Positions 1 through 15,274 are shown, counted from the first letter of the stretch. The stretch is DNA of 64,000 bases from Antedon mediterranea (GCF_964355755.1 NC_092671.1:930001-994000), one strand, 5' to 3'. Numbers and translations: made by a program. Notes: generated by a model from the letters alone, not told the origin.

Positions 1-1198
1 ATGGCCTAGATCAGATTCAGCGAAAGAACAACTTTATCGGTTAATTCAAAGAAACTGCTTAGTTCTAGTAAATGTATCTTATTAATATTAGCTTAATGTT
101 GGACAATAGTCTAGATCACATCCAGTAAAGACATACTCTACGAAATTCAGTAAAAAATATATAGAATATTTTGTTGTGAAATAATAGTTCATATTCAGTG
201 GAAGCATAACGTCTGAGGCTATTACTAAAAAATAGTTCAGTTGAAAAATAATAAATTTGCGAGATGTATAGATTAAATGAGGTATGAATGTGTGTGATAT
301 GACGTACATCACAAGGTCATAATCACCTTGATAGTATAGATAGCATTCATAAGCTGTATTGCAATGACATCAGACAGAGTTGTAAAGAAACTGTATTCAC
401 AACATATTTTATTATTAGCATAATAGTGACAAGAAAAATAAACAAACAAGTGACTGATTACATAAAATGATGCAAGCAAAAACATTCTTTAAAATCAATA
501 TTTCAAGTCAAACAATAAGGGATTAAAAATATAATAATAGACTTGTGAGGATTAAAAGTATATTACACATGAATTTACAGAATATGTTGTACATCCATCC
601 TCTTAAACTGTTATTTTTTTATGGAAATAAAAGTGATTTTATTTCAAACGAACATACAGGGTACATAGGATTAAAAACAAAACACAGGATTAAGCCCATA
701 CTCCACATGGGATCAACAAATATTACACATGGGATTAAACCATAGAGATATTATAGTGAACTATAATATCTCTATGATTAAACGTATATTACACATAGGA
801 TTAAAAGTATATTTCACAATGGATTAAAAACATACTGCACATGGGTCTTAACATAATATTGCCTAATCCGTAGTCGTTTCATTATTTATATACAGATAAT
901 ACAGTAATTAACCAAGCCCTATATCAAAACAATTTTGATTAATAATGTATTTAGTAGACCTATAAATGTAGTGATAACTATCATATCTAATTAAAGTCAT
1001 TGGATTTGCAAATTTGTTTGAAAGGTTATTTCTTACAGAAATTAATGATTGTGTTTTTAAAAGTTTAAAAAGCTCTTACAATGGTCGTTTCACACCAGAG
1101 AAACTCTGCAATAAACTATCCAAATGTCAATGACTTAGACGAATGCTAAGGTGAGAAGAAACTAATAAAATACACAAAGTTGGTGTTGCTAGTCTGCT

Positions 1199-1275
1199 CA
1201 GTGGCGGATCTAGGGGGGGGGGGGGGTTTGAATAGGGTGGCTAGCCAACCCCCACCTTAATTCTAAAAAAAAAAG
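1199..1275 (+). mobile_element. Terminal fragment of a hAT-like DNA transposon
   Basis: CAGTGGCGGATCTAG followed by a poly-G tract and GGGTGGCTAGCCAACCCCC. No matching opposite end found. Confidence 0.4.
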
Positions 1276-4200
1276 GAAAAATGGATGCAATCAACTCGCG
1301 ACCGCGTCGCTAGACGTAGATTCGACGCACCTGACTCTTTTAATTAAGAAGAGTAGGCTAGGCCTAGAGCTAGGGTAGCATTATAGATGTGTAAATTGGC
1401 CTACATAGTGAAAGAGCTAAAAGAGTTTAATTACTATTTATGAATTCAAGAGTTTAAAAAGAAAACGCAATTTAAAATCTTTGGAAAATACGCACAACCG
1501 AGTTATTTTCAAAACACACACACTTCCTCCTACTACCAGCATCACGTTGTCTAGCTCGCTCCTTGTGTGAATGCTGACGTCATCACTCTAAAAAAATACA
1601 CCATTTTTTATTTCAGTTAATTATCGCCATAATCCGTGTGTGCAAGCGTTAGCGCGTGGAATATCTACACCCCTGTACAGAGTGGAGTGTATTATCGTGA
1701 ACTTTCTTCTTGTGTATGAAGGTTTTTTATATAATAAATGGTATGCAGTATAAACAATAAAAATAAACAAGAAACATGGTGTTCTTTTATTATTTTATAG
1801 GCTTAAAATAAACATGAAATAAAGTGTGTGGCGTATTTGGCGTTTATTGATTTGTGTTATAGACAGGGCGATTACTGCAATCATTGTATATTATTAATTA
1901 AATTACATTGAGTTATTCACCCGGCTGTAGGGTATATATCTGCGGTTAACAGACCACCAAAACACAACAGTACACAACAAGCACTATCGAGGCATTTTCG
2001 GAGTACCGCATTACCAAATGTTCATTTCGTTTGAAGTGTTTTTCGATCAAAGTTTATTATTAGTTTGTCAAAAAAGATCCGTACAGTATTTAGGAAGGAT
2101 TAATTTAAATTTACATTATGTAACATGTGTTATTAAATGTAATGGAAGCAGTTGCTCTAGCCTATTAAACAGTGTGTAAGCATCTATTTTTTCAAAAATT
2201 TTCTGAGGCTACTGGCAACTCCTAAAGAGGTTTTCCTCAAGTAGCTGACCAAGCCCCAAATAGTCTTTTTCATTCTTGGAGAAGGTAAGGCTGATCCAGG
2301 TAAGCTAGGCACATAATAGATTACGTGGGGGTGGCAGGGATGTTCCACTAAAAATTCTTTTTCTATTTGTCTATTGGGGAAAGGGCTAATATCGGTTTAT
2401 CCATGTACACTAGATACAAATTAGACAAAAAAGATAAAGTTGTATACCGGCAGTGGAAATAGTATGGTAGATAAAGTAGAATTTATTGAGTGAAGGTAAG
2501 ATTTATCTTAAGGTTTAAATTACATAGAGAGTTAGGCAAGTGATTAGTGGCCTGACATATTTGAACACATGGTGACCACATCATCACTATATTGTTTGCT
2601 AAATAAACAATGACAGCTACAACATCACATGAAGTGTATTCTGGCATTACAGTGACTTTCAATTTAATTCTGTATATTATTTTATGTGGTAGTTTTGTGT
2701 AGAAAACAAGAAAAGTTTGATTTTAAAAAACCCACTCCATTTATTACTGCTTGTAAATGTATATAAATAAATATATGTGTTGTATAATTAATTTAAGGCC
2801 AAGGACAAGAAACATGTTTGAAGGCTTGGGTGAAAGTCATTGCAAAGATTACTATATCCAAGTTCAGCTTGGTTCTCATGTTGGCGTAACACAAGCGTGT
2901 AAAGTGAGCCGCAACTCATTTGACCAATTACGACGCGATGGTTCATCTGAACTGTCACTTATGATTGGTCAACTCGTCTGGGTTGTACCTACGTCTGTAC
3001 GTAGGTACAACTAAGCTTTAACACTAAAATCAAAATAATAGGAAAGTATAGGGGTAAAGGATGGTACTTGGTAGTTCATTGTCAACTGAAAACAGATTTT
3101 AGTATCTAAAGCACATACTTTATCTTGCTCAATAGCAGACAGATATTATTATTTATGTTCTTTAAAATAGCCAAAAGCAATTTTTATTAGTATCAATAAT
3201 TATTAGTATTCATCAATGTCAAGATTAACAAACATGATACCTAATAGTTGACTTGACATTTAGACAATGCAGCCATGTTTTTCTTGACATACATAAACAA
3301 TTCTCTAAAGGCATTTACTGTTGAGTACAAAATAAACCATTCTCTGAAGGCATTGCCTGTAGGTACAACATTTCTGTGTTTTTATGTTTTGTTTGCTTTT
3401 GAATGTTTTGTTTTGGCGTCCCTGACACAAGCTTTTGCTTTCTTGGTGACGCCACCATTTTGGAAATAAATATTAATTTTGAATTGAAAACCATTCACTA
3501 AGGCATTTTACTGTAGGTACAACAATAATCCTAGCGGTTTATACTACTAGTACTATGGATAATAATCTCAAAATACACATGAAATGATGTTCCAGGGATT
3601 ATCTGAACAAGAATATAACACTGACGACATGTGTATTCTTAATCTTGTTTCTTCTAATTTATTTATACGGTATGGCTGATTATAGTACCAGGAGCTTGTA
3701 CACAAAATTTGGCCAAATTTAGGGGTGTGATAATACTCACATAAACGTAAATTTAATCAGTGGATTCGCACAAAGTATTTGGCCTGAAATTAGCCTATTA
3801 TTTCCAAGCATGCGTCAAATGCAATAAAATTTGTAATATGGATGAATTGAATCAGGAATACACTGTTATTTTATTTATCTAAATTATTTTTAAGGTATAA
3901 AAGTGAAATATATAATTTATACCTATTAATTTATCTGTATTAAAATTATTATAATATGCAATAACATAGTTGTTTGTATCAGGTTTTTCTTTTGGTAAAG
4001 AATATTTATGATAAATAGTGAATATGAACACATTCAATCACACACAGCAGCTCATACTGTGGCCATATATTGACTATGTTATTGTTATACAGTGTGTACA
4101 CATATCATTATCTACAGCATTCATTGTACAACACTTTGATGCTATAAAAGATGACAGAATGCAGAGTTAGTAGATTCCAAGAAAAATAACAACAACACTC

Positions 4201-5525
4201 TGATAATAATATTATACTGTAACTGTTGTTTATTTATAAAATAATATTTTGAATTGGAATGTGTTCCTTTTTTTATGTAAATATATGAATAGATAACATA
4301 ACATTATTGTCATGGTAAAATAATGTAAACTTTTTGAGTGACATAATCATATAATATAATTTAGTGCTGCCGGGGAGGTGGGAGGGAGAGGTGGGAGGGA
4401 GAGGTCGATGTACGAAATGTAGGTGTGTGATAATACTTTATTGCATTAAAATATTACATTTTAATAATGGATTTGCCAAAATTTAATTTGAATTGGTAAT
4501 GTTTACTTTTGAATGTAAAATGCAGTACATGAATAAAAGACCAAAGAAAACACTATGAAATATTGTCAAGTGGTAAAATAATGTCTCTTTTTAGTGACAT
4601 TTCCATATCGCTTTATTTAACTCTTTTCTCATGATTCACATAACAATAGAATTAACTGAGTGTAATGTAAACACAGCAATTCTGGTTTTACTGGATATCA
4701 TTAATAAACCAGACATATAGCAACCCACTCATATTTAGTCATACAAATATGTAAAACAAGTATAAATTCATTAACGTCAAGTATTTATAATGCATAAATT
4801 GTATTAAATTTCAATATTAAACCCTACAATATAAGACTACTAGTGTAATCATAAAACAAAATTGCAACACAGCAAATTTTAGTAGAAGTTCATTGAAAAG
4901 AAAGAAAATAGGTGGCATTGTGTTTTGCCTCCCTTTTATATATTTAATACTAAAATCCAAGGCTACTACTACTACAAAACGTATGCCATGAATCTAAAAT
5001 GGTTTATGAATTCATTGTAGTATCACAGACAGCTCAGTGAAAGAAATCATCATTTTTTTTTTATCCTAACAAACATTATTTTCTATGCATAAAGTATTAA
5101 GTAGCAATCGCAGTGAATTCACTATACAATTATACTACTAACTGTACTGTAATAACAAAATCAGACCATTTCAAAGGATTTTTAATCAGTTTAATATTTG
5201 TTGCTTGAGGGCCTACTTCTGATTGCTAGCGAAAAAACTGTTTATTTCAATAAATAATTTTCTAATATAATATAATAATTTCTGCTCTCAAATAACCATT
5301 TAATTTAGGTGTTGGTCTTAACATTTACAGCAAAATGCAATATTATCAGGTGGTCAAATGTTAAAAATAGGAAAAGGAATTGTGATAATTTATTTACACT
5401 GTTATTATTAATCAGTTATTTTTTTGCAGCAGAAACAGGACATAGCAGTGTACAATGAACTAAAAAGATTACTGGTCTATCCTAATTACATCATCATTAT
5501 TATTATTATTATGTTGACCTCAATA

Positions 5526-5655
5526 GGAAAGAGATATATACGGCTGGAGATCATGGAATGAAGTTATGGTTAAAGCTAGAAACAGAACTGACTGAAGCGA
5601 GCATCTTGTAGGCTTATTGGACTTGGCCTGAAGAGGAAAGGTACGGTAAGTAAGT
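5526..5655 (+). mobile_element. Degenerate RTE-clade LINE 3' end
   Basis: Translates DIYGWRSWNEVMVKARNRTD*SEHLVGLL, like RTE C-termini (GW.SW.E....A.DR..W). Ends in TAAGTAAGT. Confidence 0.5.
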
Positions 5656-6170
5656 GACCCCATTTAGGTAATATGCATTACGGTTTGTACACTAACTTAC
5701 TAACAGTATCTCAGAATACACTTTTGATTTTGTCGTTGTACAGTACATGTTTAACCAGAAATCATTCAACATCAATGCAATGTGGCAAATCTTAACAAAA
5801 AAGGGGTAGTGAATGGGGCACAAACAGAGATTGGGTTGTTTTTGGGAATATTTCATCTGCAAAAATAACGGGCAGAACACGGAACACAATCATTGCAAGA
5901 TAAGGTCAATTTCTTAATAGCGTTTTAAAGTTTAATTTATTTTTAAAAAGAAACGAAAAAGTTGGTTTTCCTGTTTTAGTTTGTTCGTGAGAAATAACAG
6001 ATGGTACAGTAGTTGTCAGATGATGTGGTTAACTGTACTAGTCCCATGATATACATATGGTGTGTCAAGCTGTAACCAATGCTTTACAGATAAGGAACCT
6101 TAAGGGGGGTGGGGGGATATACAGTAAACTATACAAAAAATAGTTCTCCTCATTATAAAATCTTTGGTAA

Positions 6171-6331
6171 AGCTCTGTCTACCTCATCAAATTTTATGTG
6201 ATAAAAAAAGTGATGTGGTCATATATGGACATGATGATGTCATATCATTATCAATACCATATTTGGGAATTTCACTAACATATTTTGGCACATCACAACC
6301 AAACTAGATTGATAGTGTAGACAGAGGAGCT
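6171..6331. mobile_element. Tourist/Harbinger-like MITE family A (representative copy)
   Basis: TIR AGCTCTGTCTACAC(TATCAAACT), TAA TSD. Related copies at ~13359-13515, 14464-14577, 14925-15014, 23620-23738, 39381-39533, 43065-43172, 52060-52211, 53349-53477, 58574-58680, 60096-60247. Confidence 0.85.
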
Positions 6332-7126
6332 TAAGATACTTAATATTACTTTCTGCAATATAATGGGAAATACCTGCCATAGAAAACACATCATAGAGTT
6401 CAAAATATTATACCCAAAGACCCATTATGTGCATGACACGAATAGTAGTAATTCATATCTAGTGCAAAGAAAAACCTAGATTACAATGTATTATTAATAT
6501 GATATTAATCTGAAAATGACTTACCGTGTTCTGTGCAAGCCAAACAGAAACAATAACCCTAACGTACATACAGAGCAGAATGTATGAATAGCAGCAGCAG
6601 AGTATAGGCAGCGGCTGATGTGTTTAATCAATACACAGCTAGAAATGTACTGACATTTCACAGTCTCTCAACCACTCCGCTATTCTGCCACCCACACTCT
6701 ATCTCTGATTTTGGATATACAAATTAAGCCAGCTTTTAACAAAATTGCCAGAGTTGAATTTCTTAGTTTCAACTCCCACACATTGCTTATTGTGATCTTA
6801 ATGTCAGTTATTATTCCATTACATGCAAGGCGGGTGACTTAAGTTCTCCACTTTATTTATTTAAGGCAAATTCAGCCAGGTATTTAGATATTGTATTAAA
6901 ATAAATTGTTTTCTGAGAACATGTTTATTATGTTTAATGTGATTGGATTATTTACAAGAATAAGATTATTTTATAAAAGTTCCTAAAAATGGTGTATGCT
7001 GAATACACTACATCAAAGCAGGAAAGAATTCTAAATAATTCCTCCATGATCACTGTATATGATTCAATAGATAGTAAATACCACTGATATAATTATTAGT
7101 ATTATTAGTTTAATTAATTTTTTTAA

Positions 7127-7365
7127 TTTTTTTTTAAACCATATTTAATGAGGGTGATCCATCCACCTATTGCTGATCATTAGGGACCCTCAGAGGTTCA
7201 CAAGACAAACATATACACAAGATGCTCTACATAAACAAAGTCTTATTACAAGTCTTTGGGAGTGGAGTAATTTGGTCCTTAGAGAAAATCCCGACATGTG
7301 ACGGGACTTGAACCCAGGACCCTTGGAGTGGTAGCCAAGCATCATAACCACCAAGCCACAACTCC
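7127..7365 (-). mobile_element. tRNA-derived SINE (full length)
   Basis: Minus strand head GGAGTTGTGGCTTGGTGGTT (A box)...GGTTCAAGTCC (B box), ~170-nt body and A-rich tail. Second copy at 21246-21472. Confidence 0.8.
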
Positions 7366-9395
7366 ACTCAATTTGATTAATGTGTACTTTTCTTTCAGAC
7401 ATGTTACCACTACTATGCCTGAAAAAGAAATGATGGTGGTATGTCCATGGAATGAACCATTATCTGATAATTAGGGTGTGAAATATGAATTTCTATGTAT
7501 TTGAGGCCAATGTCGATTTATCCAGGTTAGCTAGGCACGAATACTATTTAGCAATTTCTAACATTACATTTTTAATATTCTTACTAATACTTAAATTTAG
7601 GAATAAAAATAGAAAATTAAAACAATTATTTTATTAACAATACATATGTGAATACTAATTTAACACATATTTTGAAATAAATTTGTCACCCTGGTAAAAT
7701 AAAGTGAATAAATAATAAAATATAACACTTTTAAAGAATGTGGCAGCATGTACTATTTTATTTATATATTTTGTATCCTGAAATTGGTGCTGGAGCTGGA
7801 GCTGTTATTGACATTTTTGCAAGGAAACAGTATGCTATTTTAGAGGATGTTTGTTGTGATACCAGTTTACTTCAAGAAAGTTTAGAAGCCCTACTTAAGT
7901 AAATAAATCACATTTACCAGTATAGTTTTTAATAATGCTATTAACATGTTTAAACATTGTTTAACCTTATAAATTGGTAATATTGATTTTCATGTTGCTT
8001 ATTATTTTATTTTTTCATTTAAGGATCGTTATACTTCTATTAATCTAAATCTGTAAAAAAGCACTCTGTATTTATTTTATAATTTGCATGCACAAATGTT
8101 TGCATTATCTTGTTTTGTTTAATGAATATTTTAAAATAAATGTTAAATGAAATAAAATGATAACTATTATTGAAGATGTTTAATTAATTTTGTTTCCAAA
8201 AGGTACCGGTACAGAATATAAATCCATAACACTTTGCCTCCTGGTCGAATTGTTATTTATCACCATAGAAACATATTGCTTAAATTTTGTCCTTTAGTTC
8301 ATACTTCATAATAGGAAACACAACGTCAAGTCACCGTTTCAATGAACTGTTGCCATGGTGATTTATCACAATGGTTGGCTCATTGTTAGATATCAAATCA
8401 CATATCAGCATATTATGTTACAGTATATGGATATGAATTGAGTTTCAACTGTTTATCTATGGACAAATAATGTTCTATAATAATCAAGCAGAAAAAGCAG
8501 TTTTGTAATATTTTTTACAATGTTTGCACAGCCAATACACTAATGGATGGTGATGGCGATACACATACAGTAAACCAGGGCCTTACAGTAGTTGGCATAA
8601 GGCAGACGAGGCTAATAAAATAAGGGAATTTTACATTGCTAATTAAAATAAGCACGCACTAAATTCTAATCTAGCTTCTGATATGTTAAAATACGTCAAC
8701 ATAGTTTGGTGTTTGTTATTACATCCTAAAAAAGCTATCCTACAGAAACATATTCTAATTTCTATTCTATAAACTTCCGTTATAAGTATTGCCAGCATTG
8801 ATAATGTTAACAAATTATTCTAAAGAGCAATATTAAACCGCATCATTCCGTATCAAGTCATCCCACTTAAGTCATCAGTAGATTCTAGTTAAATCAAAAA
8901 AAGTCGAATTTATGTGCGGATGCTTGGTTGTAAAAGGTACAATGTTTAATTATGACTGCTGATTCAATGTTTACAATAGTGTGTGTACATACTGTACAAC
9001 ATACACTGGTTACCGTTGACAACAAAGTGTGCAATGAATAAAGATCATTAAGTGATTTGCACTCCTTTATCATTCAATTTTAATAAAAAAAGCCAAAACA
9101 AACCAAAATTGTAATTTTTTTCTAAATCATTACTTTACCGAAATGATGAAGTGCGTGGTTGATTTTAAAGGTCGAAATTGATATATAGTACAGCATATAC
9201 AGTAGTACGTAAAGCTTAGTTGGCAAAATTGTGACAAAATTATGATTCATTATATATCTACTGTCAAGACCTTATAATATTTCCATAAAAATATGTAAAT
9301 TTATTTTCTAATTCATAATATTCTAATTCATAACTTTACAATCATCTATTTCATATAGTCAAAAACAGTCAATATAATTACTATGATTTAAATGG

Positions 9396-9611
9396 AAACT
9401 TCAGACATATGGCCATCGTGCATTTTCCTGTGCAGCACCCATTTTGTGGAATAAACTGCCAATCGACATAAAGACATCTGAAAACATCAACACTTTCAAA
9501 ACACGACTAAAAACCCATTTTTACACAGAGGCATTTCCTGCTTAACATTGTCAAGCGCCTTTGAACATTATTATGGATACTGGCGCTATATAAATCTGAT
9601 TGATTGATTGA
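9396..9611 (+). mobile_element. 5'-truncated L2-clade LINE 3' end
   Basis: Translates LQTYGHRAFSCAAPILWNKLPIDIKTSENINTFKTRLKTHFYTEAFPA*, a typical L2 ORF2 C-terminus. 3' stem AGCGCC...GGCGCT and (TGAT)n tail. Confidence 0.85.
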
Positions 9612-10227
9612 AATGCTATGTAAAAATAGAAGAGCACCAATATCGGACAGTGTCCTATAAAATATCATAGGAAATAAAGAATTTCTTCCTAAATTCACAA
9701 ACGATTTGTTGTTTACTGAATTCTGTTGATAAGATATCTACAAAGTAATCTTTGCCATATTCTAATACAAAATAATCCATTCATTATTGCAGATGGTTCA
9801 CTACTGCTGCAATCCCTTGACGTTTTGTGTATAGTGGGTATACAGTAGTCATCTGATTAATGGTTTTAACAAACTGCGTACTTAGTTCATGGTTCAGGTT
9901 GAATTTAACTTGGCATATTCTTAGTATACATAGTAGTATGGCGACGATGTTCATGTCTTCTTTACAGTAATTAGTAAAATAGTAATACTGTAAACAACTC
10001 CTACTCTACCTAGAAACACTAAATCTAGAAATCCTAGTTAAGGTGCTATTTTCTCAGATCTTCAATATAAAAATTAATTTTTAAGCAATAAAATTACCAA
10101 GTCAGCCTCCTTCCACCAATCCACTCAGAAAATGGAATTTTGTCAACTTTCAGGGTGACATGCGGACCAAATGTAATATGCGGACCAAATGTAATATTTT
10201 GGTGGTTTTAATGTTGCATCAATATAG

Positions 10228-11137
10228 CATCACACTATTAAACAGGCACATCACACTGAACAGGCACATCACACTGAACAGGCACATCACACTATTAAAC
10301 AGGCACATCACACTGAACAGGCACATCACACTGAACAGGCACATCACACTGAACAGGCACATCACACTGAACAGGCACATCACACTGAACAGGCACATCA
10401 CACTGAACAGGCACATCACACTATTAAACAGGCACATCACACTATTAAACAGGCACATCACACTGAACAGGCACATCACACTGAACAGGCACATCACACT
10501 GAACAGGCACATCACACTGAACAGGCACATCACACTGAACAGGCATATCACACTAAACAGGCACATCACACTAAACAGGCACATCACACTGAACAGGCAC
10601 ATCACACTAAACAGGCACATCACACTGAACAGGCACATCACACTGAACAGGCACATCACACTGAACAGGCACATCACACTGAACAGGCACATCACACTGA
10701 ACAGGCACATCACACTGAACAGGCACATCACACTAAACAGGCACATCACACTGAACAGGCACATCACACTGAACAGGCACATCACACTGAACAGGCACAT
10801 CACACTGAACAGGCACATCACACTAAACAGGCACATCACACTAAACAGGCACATCACACTAAACAGGCACATCACACTAAACAGGCACATCACACTAAAC
10901 AGGCACATCACACTAAACAGGCACATCACACTAAACAGGCACATCACACTGAACAGGCACATCACACTGAACAGGCACATCACACTAAACAGGCACATCA
11001 CACTAAACAGGCACATCACACTAAACAGGCACATCACACTAAACAGGCACATCACACTAAACAGGCACATCACACTAAACAGGCACATCACACTAAACAG
11101 GCACATCACACTTAACAGGCACATCACACTTAACATA
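10228..11137. repeat. 18-bp minisatellite (AACAGGCACATCACACT(G/A)), ~50 copies, occasional 21-bp variants
   Basis: Direct tandem repeats; they explain the spurious ORFs 10160-11335 and 10219-11136. Confidence 0.97.
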
Positions 11138-11695
11138 ACCTCATTTGTTATGTCAACATTTTGTATTATTTTCCTTTATTTTTTAGTTAAATTATTAATT
11201 AAATGTATTGTTACTATCAGTATTTACTCACAAGCCTTTCATATATTCACATACAATAGGATGCCTAGCCTTATAATTTACTTACTATCAGTATTTACTC
11301 ACAATGAAAGACCACTTTCATATATTCACATATGATACCTAGCCTTATAATTTAGGGCATACATACATACTGTAGGATTTTTAAAATCTGTCTGTGGAAT
11401 TGCACTGCTTGCTAGCATTGATTTTCTATTATGTCATTTTGAAACATTTCAAACATCAAGTGGTTAAAGCCTTAACATTCTAAATTATCTATCGGAACAA
11501 AATTGTACACTGGAGAATAAAGTGGGTTCTATGAAGTGAGCAGCATCCTACAGTATCTGTCAAATGTCATTCATGTTGTATATTCATGTACTTCATTCAT
11601 GTGGGTGTTTTTGCTCTAGGTATTGACATTCAAAACCATGCTTAGCATAATTATTAATTTTAATTAAATCATATTTGAAAAAGATGGTCTTAAAC

Positions 11696-12352
11696 CAGCC
11701 CACGAAATTCAGAAAAAAGAAGGTCGGCAAAAAATTGCCGACCTTAAATTCGCCAAGGTCGGCAGTCTCGGCAGTTCTAAAAATAGAAAATTCACCCCAA
11801 CCAAGGCCTAAACCTCTTGCTAACCTAAAAGGCCTAGCTAGGCCTAGCCTCCCTAGCTATATGTTATGCAAAAAGAACTAGCAAAATTAACTAAAATATA
11901 AAAACCTAACACTAAAATCTACAAGATAAATTCTATTTGATAATTAATTGCTGAACATCATGGTTCTGGAGCTAGCCGTACACAGAGCATAGTTGCTTGC
12001 TTGGCATGACAGGGTATTCCCCTACACAGGTCTGTGGCGCGCAGCGCTGTGCCCAGCAGCCAGCTTGGTTGATAGGAAAGCATGCAGCTCACACACAAAA
12101 TGATGTAATGGTTGAGTGAATTCAGGGATCATCTTAATTCCATGGTTTGTTAACTAAACACAACATGGTGGTGAATATGCCTGTTAAAATTTCAATGATA
12201 CGATCCCTTAAAGTACCATGTTGTTGCTAGGAGGCTTGAAAGGAGGGATCTAGCCTAGTTTCTAGGTCGGCAATCTCTTGCCGTCCTCTGACAATTTAAG
12301 GTCGGCAATAAGGTCGGCAATTGCCGATTGCCGACGTGAAATTCGTGGGCTG
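11696..12352. mobile_element. Non-autonomous hAT-like DNA transposon, copy 1 (6-bp TSD)
   Basis: TIR CAGCCCACGAAATTCA / TGAAATTCGTGGGCTG. Subterminal GTCGGCAA/TTGCCGAC repeats. TSD TTAAAC on both sides. Close paralogue at 26913-27537. Confidence 0.85.
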
Positions 12353-12862
12353 TTAAACTGAATCGCTGAGGATTAACTCTGAACTAAATTTCTGAGAATA
12401 CGATGGTGTTAAATTGAATCACTAAATCCACTAAACAGGTGGGTTACAAAGCCCCATCATATTATCTTCAAAAACAATTTTTCTAATTTGGAAAATTAAG
12501 CTCCTACAGTTCTCATGGTTTTTTTAAAAAGAAAAACCTCAAAACTCACCAAAGTAGTGATAATATATTTTGTATATTAGTCGAATCTGTTCTTTCTTTG
12601 GAAAGGTATTTTCTATATATTTATCAAATCATTTTTTATTTAAAAAAAAAAGACAATGGTACATTCCCGGTCACAGCTTGGAGGACCAAGCTTACACAGG
12701 GTTATGGTTTCAAAAAAGATATTTTATCATAATAAAAAATTTACAATTTTATAGTCAGGGAAAAAAAAGTTATTATTTGTTAATTAATTATTAATATTTA
12801 CTTTCCTAAAATAAAATTGTGAGAAACATTTGATTTGCTAGATACTCCCACATTTATTTGGA

Positions 12863-12945
12863 TAGTTTGCTGGTCAATGGTAGTTTGCTGGTCAATGGTA
12901 GTTGGCTGGTCAATGGTAGTTGGCTGGTCAATGGTAGTTGGCTGG
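12863..12945. repeat. 18-bp tandem repeat TAGTT(T/G)GCTGGTCAATGG, ~4.5 copies
   Basis: Direct tandem copies. Confidence 0.9.
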
Positions 12946-14463
12946 AAGAGTAAGTAAATTTCTTATGATTCACATAAAATGCATGCTGTAGTCTGATAAA
13001 GTGATTCAGACATAGACTTTAATTTGCTCATGTTGGGGATAAAATACTCAACATAGGGGGATTTCCCCTCATAATTACTGGTTGATCAGCATAAAATAAT
13101 CAATAAAGTGCTCTGTGGATAATTGTTAACCAGGATGTGCATCAATGCCTTATTGTAATATTTAAGTCAATTTTTGTTGGTATTCATCAATGTTCTTGGA
13201 ATTGCTATTAAAATACAAAGAAAATCCATGCCGCAGGCCTTTTCTCCTTTTTTTGTTAGGAATATCATTACAGCTTCAATACACCAATATTACGAATGGA
13301 GAATACAGAGATTTAAATATTAATGTTCAGATTAGGTTTGAGCACTAAGCTATACTGTAGCTCTGTCTACACTATCAAACTTTATGTGACAACAAAATGT
13401 GATGTGCCTATAGACATGATGATGTCATATCACTACCATATTTGGGCATAGTATCACTACCATATTTGTGCACACACTTGTTTTTGTTTGTTTGATACAA
13501 TGATAGTGTAGAGCATTAGATACCAAAAACACTAGTTTACAAACAATGCACCAGTACCGGAAAAACAAAAGCTTAATGTTTAATCCAAAGGATCAAGTAA
13601 GGATGTTTTCTAAAACAATTAACAAGAACGGTCGTAAACCCAAATCAAGATTTAATGTCCAAAAAACCTTTATACAGTTAGAGCTACAATGTGAAATCGA
13701 AAATTCAGTAGAATAGAAGCCAAGGAAGAATATCAATTCAAATGAAAACTAAGGTCTGATGTAATAACTAAATTACTGTATGGTCTGAACATCCTAAAGG
13801 AATTTCTATGATCTGACACGATGATCCCTCCCCCACCTCCTTCCCCACAGTAATCAAACAAAGAGCTTATAACTATCAGAAAGTACAACAAGATTAGTTA
13901 TCAAATCCTAAGTTTTAACAGGAAATTCAAAGGTAAAGATAGGCCTAAGTTAGATGACTTTAAAGCATCTTATATTATACACGTTTTAGGACATGATGGA
14001 TCTAGGTGTCTAAACAAGATATGCTGGATTAAGGCTCTGTGATGGGAGAAGGGCAGTGATTGATTTCAGTATTTAAGATGTTTGTTTCAAATATTAAAGG
14101 ACTTATTTTATAATGTTTTCATTTCATGTTTTACCGAGTCACCTTTCTGGTTCCCACTTGGACGCAACGCAACAACAGAGCGAGTTGACCAATCACAAGC
14201 TAGTTTGAATGTTTCAATGCGTCATGATTGGCCAATATTTTACTTTAACCATATTATTGATACAGTAATAGGATTAATTGAAATATCAGTTTTCTATTAA
14301 TGTACCACAGATAAAATGTAATTGGATTAATTATGCAGAACTGGATACAGCATCTCTTCAATTACCCAAATATAATCCATTGCTTAAGTATAATCAAACA
14401 CCCCCTAATTTAGGATAAATATGGACATAAGATTTTGATCAATTTCATGTAATCCAAGTATAA

Positions 14464-14577
14464 AGCTCTCTCTACTCTATCAAACTTTATGTGACAACAA
14501 ATGTGATGTGCCCAAATATGGACATATTTGAGTATACCATATTTTTTTTTGTCTAGTTTGATATTATAGACAGAGCT
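14464..14577. mobile_element. MITE family A copy
   Basis: TAA|AGCTCTCTCTACTCTATCAAAC...ATAGACAGAGCT|TAA. Confidence 0.8.
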
Positions 14578-15274
14578 TAAGGCACCTTCCCATTTCCGCA
14601 AAATGTCATACTCAGAAGAGTATAGCTGAACTGAATGCTTGTCAGTATACCATACAACAGTGATGTGACACTTTGTAATTGTTTTTGTTAGTTTTTCATT
14701 TATCTGTTTTTGTATATACAAACAAAATTTCTATGTATATTTTATATGCAAATGACAATAAATGGAAGTAATTTTCCACTGATGAATGAAAATATAAAGT
14801 TGCTTGAACAGCTCTTCATCATTGTTGTTATTTAGATACTTGGCTTTAAACTGAAATAAAGTATTGTAGTGAAGTTCCATAAACTAGGTAAACTTAAAAA
14901 ATAAGTTTTGATGACAATGTCTAAAGCTCTGTCTACACTATCAATGACATCATCATGTTCATATATGGGCACATCACATTTGTTGTCACAAAGTTTGATA
15001 GTATAGACAGGGCTTAGGTAAACAAGTGAGCAACAGGTTTTACAATCATCACAAGTAGACTGATTGATTCTTAGTAGCTTGATCTAAATACACTGTTTTT
15101 AAGCAATTCATTAAAATTCATCAGGTTTCCTAGAAATAAATTGCATGGCAGTTGAATAGATTTAATTACGGGTAAAACCAATTGGTTTGACATGCCAAGT
15201 TCCCATCGCTGATTTGATCACTGAAACTAAGAAAACTGGGGCAGTCATCACATTAGATTGTTGTTCTACTCTAA

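Noticed and set aside
7300-7365. Second tRNA gene on the minus strand
   Set aside because: Has A/B boxes but no clean cloverleaf, and continues into a body and A-tail shared with 21246-21472, so it is a SINE.
10160-11335. 391-aa and 305-aa ORFs (LNRHIT / FSVMCL repeats)
   Set aside because: Open only because the 18-bp minisatellite unit lacks stops; no domain or splice context.
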